A DNA stretch of 64,000 nt from Candidatus Latescibacterota bacterium (GTDB lineage: Bacteria > Latescibacterota > UBA2968 > UBA8231): NCBI GenBank assembly GCA_965203355.1, contig OZ241889.1, positions 3,104,001 to 3,168,000 on the forward strand, read 5' to 3'. The notes under the pieces are model-generated. The model ran no database searches. It saw nothing but the letters and a program-made list of their open reading frames with translations, and was not told the DNA's origin. The translations under genes and the position numbers were made by a program. Of the stretch, positions 37,902 to 46,522 are shown one piece after another (the stretch's first letter is position 1; every line of letters starts with the position of its first letter).

Positions 37902-39661
37902 ACCGCCGCCCCAACATCGTCTTCGTCCTCACCGACGACCAAGGCTACGGCGACTTGGGCTGTCACGGCAACAGCGCGATCCGCACACCGTGCCTCGACC
38001 GCTTCCACCAAGATGCCGTGCGCTTCACCGACTATCACGTCGGCTCCACCTGTGCCCCCACCCGCGCCGGCCTGCTCACCGGCCACTACTGCAACAGCGC
38101 TGGCGTTTGGCACACCATTGGCGGCCGCTCGCTGTTGCGTGCCAACGAGTGGACCCTTGCCGACGCGCTCACTGGCGCGGGCTATCGCACCGGGCACTTC
38201 GGCAAGTGGCATCTCGGCGACAGCCCGCCCTACCGCCCTCACGAGCGCGGCTTTGCCGAATCCGTGTACCACGCGGGCGGCGGCATTGGCAACACCGGCG
38301 ACCCTTGGGGCAACGACTACTTTGACGACACCTATTTCAAAAACGGCGTTCCCACCCCGTACGAGGGGTACTGCACGGACGTGTTCTTCCGCGAGGGGCG
38401 GCGCTTTATCGCGCAAAACGCCGACCGACCCTTCTTTTGTTACATCGCCACCAACGCGCCGCACGGGCCGCTCAACGTCGCGCCACACTACGTCGCGCCC
38501 TATCGCGACGCCACGCCACACGAAGACCGCGCCCGCTTCTACGGCATGATCGCCAACATCGACGAAAACTTCGGCCAGTTGCAGGCCACGCTCGACGAGT
38601 TGGGCATTGCCGACAACACCATCCTCATCTTTATGACCGACAACGGCACGGCCACCGGGGTCGAGCTAGACGACGATCAATTCCCCCGCGAAGGGCCGGG
38701 CAGTTACAACGCCGGTATGCGCGGCAAAAAAGGCTCCCAGTACGAAGGCGGTCACCGCGTGCCCTTCCTCATCCGCTACCCCAACGGACGCATCACTGGT
38801 GGCCGCGACATTGACGTGCTGACCAGCTACGTGGATTTCATGCCGACCCTGCTCGACTTGTGCGGAGTAAAAGTCCCGGCTGGCCGCACCTTCCACGGCC
38901 AGAGTCTAAGGCCGCTACTGCTCGGCGCAGGCAGTTCGGCTTGGACCGAGCGCGTCACCGTCTGCGACACCCAGCGCGTAGCTCGCCCGGTCAAATGGCG
39001 CAAGAGCGCGGTGATGAAGGACAAGTGGCGGCTCATCGACGGTCGCGCACTCTACGATCTCGGCGCGGACCCCGGCCAGCGTCAGGACCTGGCCGCTGAG
39101 CATCCCAAAATCGTCGCCGAGTTGCGCACGGCATACGATGAGTGGTGGGCACTCGTGTCCGAGCAATTCGACCGCGACGCACCAATCGCCCTCGGCGGGA
39201 GCGACCAACCCGTTAAGCTCACCACCCACGACCTCCGCAATGAGGCGTGTAGTGCCGTCTGGAATCAGCGCCAAGTCCGCGCCGGGCAGATCGCGAGTGG
39301 TTTTTGGGCGGTTGATGTCAAGGAGGCGGGACGCTACCAAATTGAACTGCGGCGCTGGCCCGAGGAAACCGGCTACGCGCTTGCTGCGGGGATTGAAGGC
39401 GACGATAGTGGCTGGTACCGCGCCGGTATTCAGCCGAAAAACGCGCCAGCCTACGAAGGCGGGCTGGCCCTCGCCCTCGGCTGGGCACAGCTAACCATCG
39501 GCGGTCAAAATCGCCAGCGAGAAGTCGATCCTGCCGCGACCAATACTTGCTTTGCGATTGACCTCGCCGCTGGCCCGGACCGACTCTACGCCTCGTTTCA
39601 CGATCGCACGGAGCGGACTATTGCTCCTTACTACGTGTACGTGCAGAAGTTTTCGGGATAG
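37898..39661 (+). CDS. Arylsulfatase
   Basis: PNIVFVLTDDQGYGD, CAPTRAGLLTG, GKWHLG, TDNG, YEGGHRVP. ATGA overlap. Confidence 0.93.
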   Translation: MNRRPNIVFVLTDDQGYGDLGCHGNSAIRTPCLDRFHQDAVRFTDYHVGSTCAPTRAGLLTGHYCNSAGVWHTIGGRSLLRANEWTLADALTGAGYRTGHFGKWHLGDSPPYRPHERGFAESVYHAGGGIGNTGDPWGNDYFDDTYFKNGVPTPYEGYCTDVFFREGRRFIAQNADRPFFCYIATNAPHGPLNVAPHYVAPYRDATPHEDRARFYGMIANIDENFGQLQATLDELGIADNTILIFMTDNGTATGVELDDDQFPREGPGSYNAGMRGKKGSQYEGGHRVPFLIRYPNGRITGGRDIDVLTSYVDFMPTLLDLCGVKVPAGRTFHGQSLRPLLLGAGSSAWTERVTVCDTQRVARPVKWRKSAVMKDKWRLIDGRALYDLGADPGQRQDLAAEHPKIVAELRTAYDEWWALVSEQFDRDAPIALGGSDQPVKLTTHDLRNEACSAVWNQRQVRAGQIASGFWAVDVKEAGRYQIELRRWPEETGYALAAGIEGDDSGWYRAGIQPKNAPAYEGGLALALGWAQLTIGGQNRQREVDPAATNTCFAIDLAAGPDRLYASFHDRTERTIAPYYVYVQKFSG

Positions 39662-39736
39662 GGCGCGTTTGCTCGGGTGTGGAGTTACGCTAGCGACGCT
39701 TGTGCGGCCGAAATTCTGCGGCAAACTGCGGTGCGA

Positions 39737-40357
39737 TTATCCTGCGCCCAGTTCCTCGTCGAATAGCCGTTTGGCTTCGGCTTTGGCCCATTGCTCGCAT
39801 GCACGTGCTGCTTGGGTGGTCGGCTCGCGAACGTCCTGGGGAGCCTGAAGGTTGAGCTTGTCGAGCGCACCTTCCACCGCTTTTTGGAGCTGTTGTTGCT
39901 TCCATCGCCATTCGTCGGAATTGAGATACAGAACGGGCCATGCCAGTACTTCCTTGCGGCCGTCAAGCAGCTTCTGCAAAACATCCCGCGATGCCTCACG
40001 ACGGTTGTATTCGAGGTCAAGCTCGTAGCAGAGCATCTCATCGCGGTAGGTTTCCACCCGCTCTTGGACGAAGGAACATTGCTCTTGGGATGGAGGGATG
40101 GGGCCTGGGCTTGGCGTACTTGGCTCGCCAACGCTCTGACGCCGCTTGCGCTTGTTACTTACAATGACGCCCGCGGTGAATCCAATGGCTATACCGGTGG
40201 CTATACCGGCTAGAAACCATGTTATTTCATTATTTTCTTCTACCGAATCTTTCGGTACAACAGCGGCTCCTGCAATGGCTCCTGAAGCGGCTCCTGCAAT
40301 GGCTCCTGCAATGACCGCCGTACCAGCGGCTAAAGACACAATACTCTTCGTACTCAT
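39737..40357 (-). CDS. Glycine-zipper-like membrane protein, last gene of the dynamin operon
   Basis: Two Gly/Ala-rich hydrophobic segments followed by KRKRR and a helical C-terminal domain. The start directly abuts the upstream stop. Confidence 0.7.
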   Translation of the reverse strand: MSTKSIVSLAAGTAVIAGAIAGAASGAIAGAAVVPKDSVEENNEITWFLAGIATGIAIGFTAGVIVSNKRKRRQSVGEPSTPSPGPIPPSQEQCSFVQERVETYRDEMLCYELDLEYNRREASRDVLQKLLDGRKEVLAWPVLYLNSDEWRWKQQQLQKAVEGALDKLNLQAPQDVREPTTQAARACEQWAKAEAKRLFDEELGAG

Positions 40358-42367
40358 TTAGGCACTCCTCGCTTCGCTCGCTAGGTCATGGTCATATTCA
40401 GCTTTAAGTTCTTCTACTTGCAGTTTGCGCCGATCTAATTCCACAAGCTGATCGTCAATCTTTTGCTGCTCAACCTCATCTAACGAAGCTCCTTTTTCCA
40501 ACTCTTCTAAAAAATTCCGCTTCGCTCTGAAAATGTGCTGCAAACTACCTTCCATTGTATTAAGGGCCTCTAGTCCGAGCCGTTGCAACTCGGTGGCAAT
40601 TTTTTCAAATAATTCGTCAAAAGTTTCTCTCAGAAGCGATTCAAGTTCGTCTTCCAACGCCTTAGCAGCCTTCTTTTTGCCTAGTCCTGTACCACAGATC
40701 CTCTCCCACCAAGAAACTGCAGACCTCACAGCGTTCTCCAGAGTTTCTCGGTTAAGATCGTTTGTCAGCTCCGTTTCTGCATCCTTGCAAATTCTATAAG
40801 GCGGGAGGAGTAGTAAGTGATAGTTTGGTATATATGGTATATATATATCAATGGTCGATCCACTCGTTAGGAATATATCTGATAAATCACTCTCCGACTG
40901 ATTGAGGATGCGTTCGGTTTCTGCCACGATCTTCCTGATAGCTTCCACGAGAATAGAACGACTATCATACAGATGGCTCCCAATACTCATCGCTACTCCT
41001 GCCATATTGTCGATGCTAGGACAACTTTTAAGGTCATCTTCGATCTTTCTCATGATTTCACGAAGCGTTTCATTAATGCTCCTTTGCAGGGGATCTCTTG
41101 CTTCATCAAGAGCCTTCCTGAACTTCTTCATCGTGTTATCAACAACTAAATTTATCGAAACAAGGTTTTCTCTTGTCCGAGCGAAGTCTTTGCTGCGATT
41201 TTCCTGCGATAGGTTAATAGCATTGCGATTAGCCGTCAATATCGCCTTGTCTTGCGCGATGCTTTTATCGGCCTTTTCGAAGACGCTGTCCAAACGTGTT
41301 TGATGCGCCTCAATAATACCATCTCCTTTAGTCGCGATGATTTGTCGTTCAATGACATTGCGAAGTCGCTCAAGCCCATGTCTCTCTGGCTCTAGATAGC
41401 CCTTGCTTGATATTTCCCTCAAATTCCATGTCAAAACCTCAGGCAGGGGGCGACCTGCTTCTTGCATGGCGGAAACAAGCGCACCGAGACCGCTGACGAG
41501 TACGATCTGCTCGTCGTTTCCGAACAGTGCCTTTCCCCTCAAGTCTTCGCTATCTCGAGTTTTCCGAATGTGTCTCCGAATGGCTGCTTCGTCGGGCTGC
41601 GTATCGCACTTGTTCACCGCGATGATGCGCCGGCGAGGATCGATGTGTGTCAAGTACTTGTCAATAAACTTCACGTCATCCTCAGTCAGGCCTGCTTGCC
41701 CGGCAAAAGTGACGTACACCACAGCATCAGCGCGTTCGATCCACTCGCGGGTAATTTTGTCGCGCACCGGGTTCGGATCATTGGTTCCAGGGGTATCGGC
41801 TACTGTCACTTGATGCAGCCACGGACGATCGGCCCACAATTGCACCTGGTTGACATACGCGCTGTATATGCCACCGCTGTTACATACCGCCACAAACTGG
41901 CCGAGCTTATCAAGCCCATCCTCGGAAATGACGCACGGAGGGTTAGTAAGCAGATCGGATTCCCTAAGTCTTTCCGCACGAGCAGTCTCCCGTGCCTCTT
42001 CCAGGTCCTGCGCGGACCGTTCATCTAGCTTGCTAGCTTCCACCACCTCGCGAAATTCGTCAGGCGTGTACAACGTAGCCTCAACTCGCTCCGTTTCATC
42101 TCCTTCCATGAGTGCGATTTTGGCCGTCATAGTCGTAACGTGACTCGGCAACACCTCCTCGGAGAAAAGTAGGGCGTTAAGCAGGGTTGACTTCCCGTTG
42201 TTCATCTGGCCACAGACCGCGAGGATGAAGCGCTCTTCTTGTAGATTGGATTTTGCCTCCTGAAGTGCCTCCACGTCTGCCTTTAGCAATTCATGGTTTT
42301 CAACGACGCGGTCGTACCACTCGCAGAGGGTAGCTTTGTGCTTTTGGTGAATAGCTAGACCGTTCAT
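40358..42367 (-). CDS. Bacterial dynamin-like GTPase 3
   Basis: G1 GQMNNGKST, G2 TMT, G3 DTPG, G4 NKCD, long helical C-terminal half. Confidence 0.88.
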   Translation of the reverse strand: MNGLAIHQKHKATLCEWYDRVVENHELLKADVEALQEAKSNLQEERFILAVCGQMNNGKSTLLNALLFSEEVLPSHVTTMTAKIALMEGDETERVEATLYTPDEFREVVEASKLDERSAQDLEEARETARAERLRESDLLTNPPCVISEDGLDKLGQFVAVCNSGGIYSAYVNQVQLWADRPWLHQVTVADTPGTNDPNPVRDKITREWIERADAVVYVTFAGQAGLTEDDVKFIDKYLTHIDPRRRIIAVNKCDTQPDEAAIRRHIRKTRDSEDLRGKALFGNDEQIVLVSGLGALVSAMQEAGRPLPEVLTWNLREISSKGYLEPERHGLERLRNVIERQIIATKGDGIIEAHQTRLDSVFEKADKSIAQDKAILTANRNAINLSQENRSKDFARTRENLVSINLVVDNTMKKFRKALDEARDPLQRSINETLREIMRKIEDDLKSCPSIDNMAGVAMSIGSHLYDSRSILVEAIRKIVAETERILNQSESDLSDIFLTSGSTIDIYIPYIPNYHLLLLPPYRICKDAETELTNDLNRETLENAVRSAVSWWERICGTGLGKKKAAKALEDELESLLRETFDELFEKIATELQRLGLEALNTMEGSLQHIFRAKRNFLEELEKGASLDEVEQQKIDDQLVELDRRKLQVEELKAEYDHDLASEARSA

Positions 42368-44253
42368 AGTGAATGCTCCTTCATATTATTGATCCGTTTT
42401 TGGAGTTTCGTGAGTTGTTCGGCTTTACTCTCAGCCTTTGATTGATTTCGTTCTGTGGTACTAATGATGGCTTTCTTTAGATCATCTATAATGATCTGAT
42501 CGATTATAATGATCTGATCGATATCTGGATCTGGTACCGAATTAAAACTTGAGACTATATACTCAAACCATCCGTCTCTAGTAGATTTATCCTCCTTGAA
42601 TTCGCCCTGCCAAATCCCTCTTTCAGATTTCCATCTCACATCATGTCGAAAATCTTTTCTCATTTCTTTGGCTACTTCGGAAATATTATTATCGAGAATC
42701 TCTTTCAGTTCTTCAACAACTTTCTCGGGTTTGGATGTAGATTCTATATTGATACCAAAGTACTTTTCTAGGTGAGAAAGTAACACTTCATATATAGAAT
42801 TAATACGAAACCAATTATCATCGTCCATTATATTAATATTATTTAAAGAAACACTAAATCTAACTGTATAATAGCTAGTGTGCGAAAAAATCCCCTTTTC
42901 AATTCGCTCGCCCTTAACAACTATATCCTGGCCAACTCTTTCACAAATCTCTCGGATACAATAGAGCGTATCGCTCTTCGCTTTCTCGATCCTTTTAAGA
43001 GCAGTTTTACGTTTGGTTTCATGATGACTATCACTGGAAGAATCGTTTAGTGCATGTTTCAGTCCCATATCCACCTCAGAAAGCGTCTTTTGCAAGTTTT
43101 CTCGCAGTTGCTGGGTATTCCGCTGAAATTGCCGTTGAAGCATAGAGTGTCGTTCGGCTAGAATTTTGTTCACGATCTCGATAAGTTCCTCGCGAGATAC
43201 CAGCTCAAAACCTGATGAGAGAGGCGCATCGTACACATTGCCGGTGATATCGAGCTGATAACTCTTTGTAGTTAGTTTAGCCGAGATATTTTCTCGAAAT
43301 GAATCGCGCCTCTTGTACGCTTCTCGCATGCGATCCATCATTCTGTCCAGCGCGTCGAGCGGTTCCGCGTCTTCGGATTCATTCAACTGCAACGCAGAAA
43401 CAAGCACGACATCGCGGAATAGATCGCCGTGCTTCTCCTTGCAGAAACACTTCAACTCCCTACGTTGCGGTGGTGGCAGATCCTCAGCCTTGTTGAGCAA
43501 GAGGAATGTGGGTGGGTTGGTCGAATCTTGTGACAGCTTATTCAACTCGTCCAACAGCGTACCTGATGGATTGCCCTTGTGAGCATCCGCGATTACAAAC
43601 AACACATCTGATTCTCTGACAGCTTGTTTGGTTACTTCAGTATCAATCTCATTTGGCGGCGGAGCATTAAACCCGGGTGTATCGACAAGTCGAATGTGAT
43701 CGAGAACCGGGGAGTTTATCGAGATGCGGAAGGTATGCGACTCGTTGTCGCCCTCTTTCTGATGGCTGGCCAATGCGCGGTACTTCGTTTTACCCAAAGA
43801 AACCCATTTTCTATCCGCTGATTCTTGCTCAATGCGTTCTTGGTCGCCATGGACAAAGTACGTTACCGATGCGGTCGTCGGCTCATCGCCTACCGGGCAC
43901 ATATCCATTCTCAATAGTGCATTGATGAATGTCGATTTACCTGCACTGAAGTCACCGACCACCGATACGGTCAAAAGACCGAAACCATCCTGAAGATTGC
44001 GCTCCTCGGCAAGGTGTTCAATCAAGCTCTTTTCCAAGGAAACTAACTTATCCGCTAGTTCGCCGGTCAAAAGATCGAGTTCGGCATCGGCAAATTGGTC
44101 GCGAACAGATCGCAAGTCGAGGAGACATTTAATCGTAGCGTTGTGACCGATTGGCCGGGTGTCTTCCTGTGGAGCCGATGAGGGTACATCTGTTTTTCGC
44201 GACGACATAGCCTTCTTCTTCGGAGTAGCCTTCTTCTTACGCTTACCGCTCAT
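42364..44253 (-). CDS. Bacterial dynamin-like GTPase 2
   Basis: G1 GDFSAGKST, G2 PTT, G3 DTPG, G4 NKAE; Lys-rich N-terminus; ATGA overlaps at both ends. Confidence 0.88.
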   Translation of the reverse strand: MSGKRKKKATPKKKAMSSRKTDVPSSAPQEDTRPIGHNATIKCLLDLRSVRDQFADAELDLLTGELADKLVSLEKSLIEHLAEERNLQDGFGLLTVSVVGDFSAGKSTFINALLRMDMCPVGDEPTTASVTYFVHGDQERIEQESADRKWVSLGKTKYRALASHQKEGDNESHTFRISINSPVLDHIRLVDTPGFNAPPPNEIDTEVTKQAVRESDVLFVIADAHKGNPSGTLLDELNKLSQDSTNPPTFLLLNKAEDLPPPQRRELKCFCKEKHGDLFRDVVLVSALQLNESEDAEPLDALDRMMDRMREAYKRRDSFRENISAKLTTKSYQLDITGNVYDAPLSSGFELVSREELIEIVNKILAERHSMLQRQFQRNTQQLRENLQKTLSEVDMGLKHALNDSSSDSHHETKRKTALKRIEKAKSDTLYCIREICERVGQDIVVKGERIEKGIFSHTSYYTVRFSVSLNNINIMDDDNWFRINSIYEVLLSHLEKYFGINIESTSKPEKVVEELKEILDNNISEVAKEMRKDFRHDVRWKSERGIWQGEFKEDKSTRDGWFEYIVSSFNSVPDPDIDQIIIIDQIIIDDLKKAIISTTERNQSKAESKAEQLTKLQKRINNMKEHSL

Positions 44254-46028
44254 GGCCGACCAACCTTTTTAAGCCGCTCAATATCGTCTTGAATACGCGA
44301 CACCTTGGCGTTGCGCTCCTTGATATCGTTTCGTCGATCAGACTCAATCTGAGAAAGCACACTCTGCACTTCTTCAGACTCGCGCTTTAAGGGTTGAAAT
44401 ATTTCAGACTCGAAGTATGCCTCAATATCTCGGGCCGCTTGCTCCGAAACCTCCATGCAAATACGGTCCATTGGCTCGTCGATGCGCTCCTTTTTCAACC
44501 GCTCTCCAACCCAGACAGCGACAATGTTGATTATATTGACATCGTGCATAGTGGCAAGCATACTTTTTCCGACTTTCTTCAGCCCTTCGGCGGCTGCGCG
44601 TCTCGCCATTTTGGTGGATGCTTTGGCGGCCGCATGGCGCAATCCCGCACCGACCGTCGACTCTGCGGCAGTAGCAGCTACACCAGCACCAGGTAAGATC
44701 GCGGCAACCAGTGCGGCAGTAGTAATGGTTGCCGCCACGCTCATAATCTTGTTGGTGTCTTTCAACAAGCGTTTGATCTCCGCGTCAATCTCGCCAACAT
44801 GGTTATCCCGTTCTTGTCCCAGTCTCTTAAAATGCTCGCTAACCTTTGTTGCGAGTGCCGAGATGAATGCGCTACTGACCTGTTCTATGGTGATCTTGGC
44901 TGGTTGTTGATGATGGTCTAGTTGATCTTCATAGGTGAACTGTTCTATGGCGAGATCGTCTGACGCAGCGGCAAACCGACCCTTATAATCGGTGCATATT
45001 GCACTCACATCCCGGCGGAGATCATCGCGCGACTTATCGAAACGTTGCCGTTGCTGGTGTAGCTCTTGATCCAATCTTTCGCGTCGATCATTTGCCTCTT
45101 TCTGGCGCGACAAAAAATCTCCTTCCGACTCCAGTAAGCCACCCCGCATTTGCTCAAGCGTCGCGATTGCACCTGGCACCAAACGAACGCTGGCGCGATC
45201 TTGCCGTTCGGCCATAAGGGACGCCTTCCGCGCCTCGAACACCTCGTGGATAGCGGTGCGTAAAGTACTGACATCGCGCACTGCCGCCTCCGGACCAGCA
45301 CTTACGACCACAATGCGCCCCTCGGCTTCTGATTTGGCGCAGCCAATGGTCTGCGCCAGCGTGTCGGCAGTCTTCTCGGCGACCACCGCCCGCTCAGAAT
45401 CTGGCAATTGGTCGGCAAATGTGAGCGCGATGAGAAAGCGATGTTGTAGATGGCGAACGCCGGGAGAAGTAAGAAAATCGGTGACGGTACTCGTTAGCCC
45501 TCCCTTGCGGATATCCACGCAGATCATGGCTGCATCTACGAAGGGTAGCTTTCCCAAAGTGACCTCCGTGTGCTCTTGGAAAGCAGGCGTCGATAGTCCC
45601 GGCGTGTCGAGGAATACGAATCCTGCTGGAAACCCGGGCCGGGAGGGGAGGCGTACAAGTGGGCGGCCCGGCGTATGCCCGCGGGCGAGATCATCAAAAT
45701 CAGGACGACTGATTGCCGTCTGCTCATCCTCGTCGTCCACGCGAAAATACTCCGGCTCTTGGAGAGAAGGCGTCGAGATGACCTGTCCGGCCCGCGCTGT
45801 GCAAGGCTCGAGTTGCACTGGCATGAGGTCCTCCACGCCTACCAACTCGTTGATTAGCGTACTCTTGCCGCTACTGAAGTCCCCCAGAAAACCTATCTGC
45901 ACCGCATCATCACTCGTAAGGCTCTGGATATCGTCGGACAATCGGTCCAACTCCCACTGCGAGGCTACCTCGCGCAACACTTCCAACACTGTTGAATCAC
46001 CTTGTTCGGTCGTCACATTCCGCTCCAT
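44250..46028 (-). CDS. Bacterial dynamin-like GTPase 1
   Basis: G1 GDFSSGKST, G2 PCT, G3 DTPG, degenerate G4 TFAD; hydrophobic paddle-like segment; AGGAGG RBS. Confidence 0.88.
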   Translation of the reverse strand: MERNVTTEQGDSTVLEVLREVASQWELDRLSDDIQSLTSDDAVQIGFLGDFSSGKSTLINELVGVEDLMPVQLEPCTARAGQVISTPSLQEPEYFRVDDEDEQTAISRPDFDDLARGHTPGRPLVRLPSRPGFPAGFVFLDTPGLSTPAFQEHTEVTLGKLPFVDAAMICVDIRKGGLTSTVTDFLTSPGVRHLQHRFLIALTFADQLPDSERAVVAEKTADTLAQTIGCAKSEAEGRIVVVSAGPEAAVRDVSTLRTAIHEVFEARKASLMAERQDRASVRLVPGAIATLEQMRGGLLESEGDFLSRQKEANDRRERLDQELHQQRQRFDKSRDDLRRDVSAICTDYKGRFAAASDDLAIEQFTYEDQLDHHQQPAKITIEQVSSAFISALATKVSEHFKRLGQERDNHVGEIDAEIKRLLKDTNKIMSVAATITTAALVAAILPGAGVAATAAESTVGAGLRHAAAKASTKMARRAAAEGLKKVGKSMLATMHDVNIINIVAVWVGERLKKERIDEPMDRICMEVSEQAARDIEAYFESEIFQPLKRESEEVQSVLSQIESDRRNDIKERNAKVSRIQDDIERLKKVGRP

Positions 46029-46040
46029 AGTACGCGCCTC

Positions 46041-46355
46041 CTAAAAAGATAGACTTAGGGATTTGATGGTTTTGGCCGGTGCCCCGAGATCGGTGGGACT
46101 TGCCAACGCGGCCGGGCAGAGCAATACCTCTTCCCGCTTCTGTTGAGGAAGGGGATCGAGGGGAATAGGCTGATAAATGAATCTAGAGAATGCCCGAGAA
46201 AATCGGGGGGGGGGGGGTAACTCATTGTTTTTTAACGACTTACGGCAAAAAATAAAGCTCGGTATTGGCGTTATTTTAAGCGTTGAATAAGGTACAGCCA
46301 TCGCATCAAGTACCGCTCTGCAATGGTATTCTTTTACTATCGACGCTGTATCCAT
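46041..46355 (-). CDS. Putative leader peptide (104 aa, in-frame state)
   Basis: Contains KSLKNNELPPPPRFS. Its TAG overlaps the AGGAGG RBS of dynamin 1. Homologous to the split ORF at 15837-16339. Confidence 0.55.
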   Translation of the reverse strand: MDTASIVKEYHCRAVLDAMAVPYSTLKITPIPSFIFCRKSLKNNELPPPPRFSRAFSRFIYQPIPLDPLPQQKREEVLLCPAALASPTDLGAPAKTIKSLSLSF

Positions 46356-46389
46356 GTCCTGCTTAATCCGCCTAAGAGTGCCCGCAAGC
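46090..46389 (-). promoter_or_regulatory. Poly-C leader cassette B (300 bp; G13 at 46205-46217)
   Basis: Colinear homology with 16072-16371. Confidence 0.75.
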
Positions 46390-46522
46390 TAAGCTATCGG
46401 TTTAAGTTCAGCAAGAAACTATTACGCTATTTTTCTGTGTCAATACAAAACTGGATTAGCTTCGTGATAACCTACAAAAACGCCGTCATACGCCTATCTT
46501 GTCAAGAGCAGCACACTGCCCC

